Of a DNA stretch of 64,000 nt, positions 63,648-64,000 are shown piece by piece. Numbering within the stretch: position 1 is the stretch's first letter; every line of letters starts with the position of its first letter. The notes beneath the pieces were generated by a model that worked only from the letters and a program-made list of their open reading frames with translations, was not told the DNA's origin and did no database searches. The translations under genes were made by a program, and so were the position numbers. Origin of the DNA: Octopus bimaculoides (lineage: Eukaryota); assembly GCF_001194135.2 (NCBI RefSeq), contig NC_068989.1, positions 91,982,331 through 92,046,330 of the forward strand, in the 5' to 3' direction.

Positions 63648-63833
63648 CCATTGGATTCACTTCAACATTTCAATTTAATTTGTCAAAATATTGTCGCTTT
63701 GAAACCGTGACCACTTCACTGACAAAATTGCGTGGTTTATCTCAGTGAATTTTGTCAATGAGCAGGTCGGGGTTTCAAAGCGACGAAAATATTTTGACAA
63801 ATAAAATTTTAAAATGTTGAGTGAATCCAACGG
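63648..63833. repeat. Hairpin element with about 80-bp arms and an 18-nt loop
   Basis: ccattggattcac...gacaaaatt / aattttgtc...gtgaatccaacgg. Confidence 0.85.
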
Positions 63834-63933
63834 TTTTCTGTGATATAAACACTTATACACTTTTAACGTTTTTGTTTCAGCACACGATCTCACATCAATT
63901 CACTTGGTATACAAGGACATCTCCGTTATATAT

Positions 63934-64000
<67 letters not shown>

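Overview
AT-rich, repeat-dominated animal genomic DNA with ten N-gaps, most of them flanked by (TA)n. The SINE families and microsatellite load look like a cephalopod (Octopus) draft assembly; this is recognition from known repeat types, not a database hit. No complete host gene is visible; the best candidate is one possible signal-peptide first exon at 10109-10195. The window holds many tRNA-derived SINE copies, Tc1/mariner/pogo MITEs, and fragments of Tx1-, CR1-, HERO-, RTE- and Penelope-like retroelements. Three observations stand out. (1) Two related RT-less elements, the longer retaining a decayed ORF1-like frame, sit in tandem at the same position of a SINE tRNA head, each bounded by a 14-bp target-site duplication (2264-6513). 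(2) Two diverged Tx1-clade LINE copies are both anchored in (GATA)n (30777-33823). (3) Three Penelope-derived repeat families carry minimal type I hammerhead ribozyme folds with a palindromic stem III and variant cores. Coordinates of degraded repeat ends are approximate.
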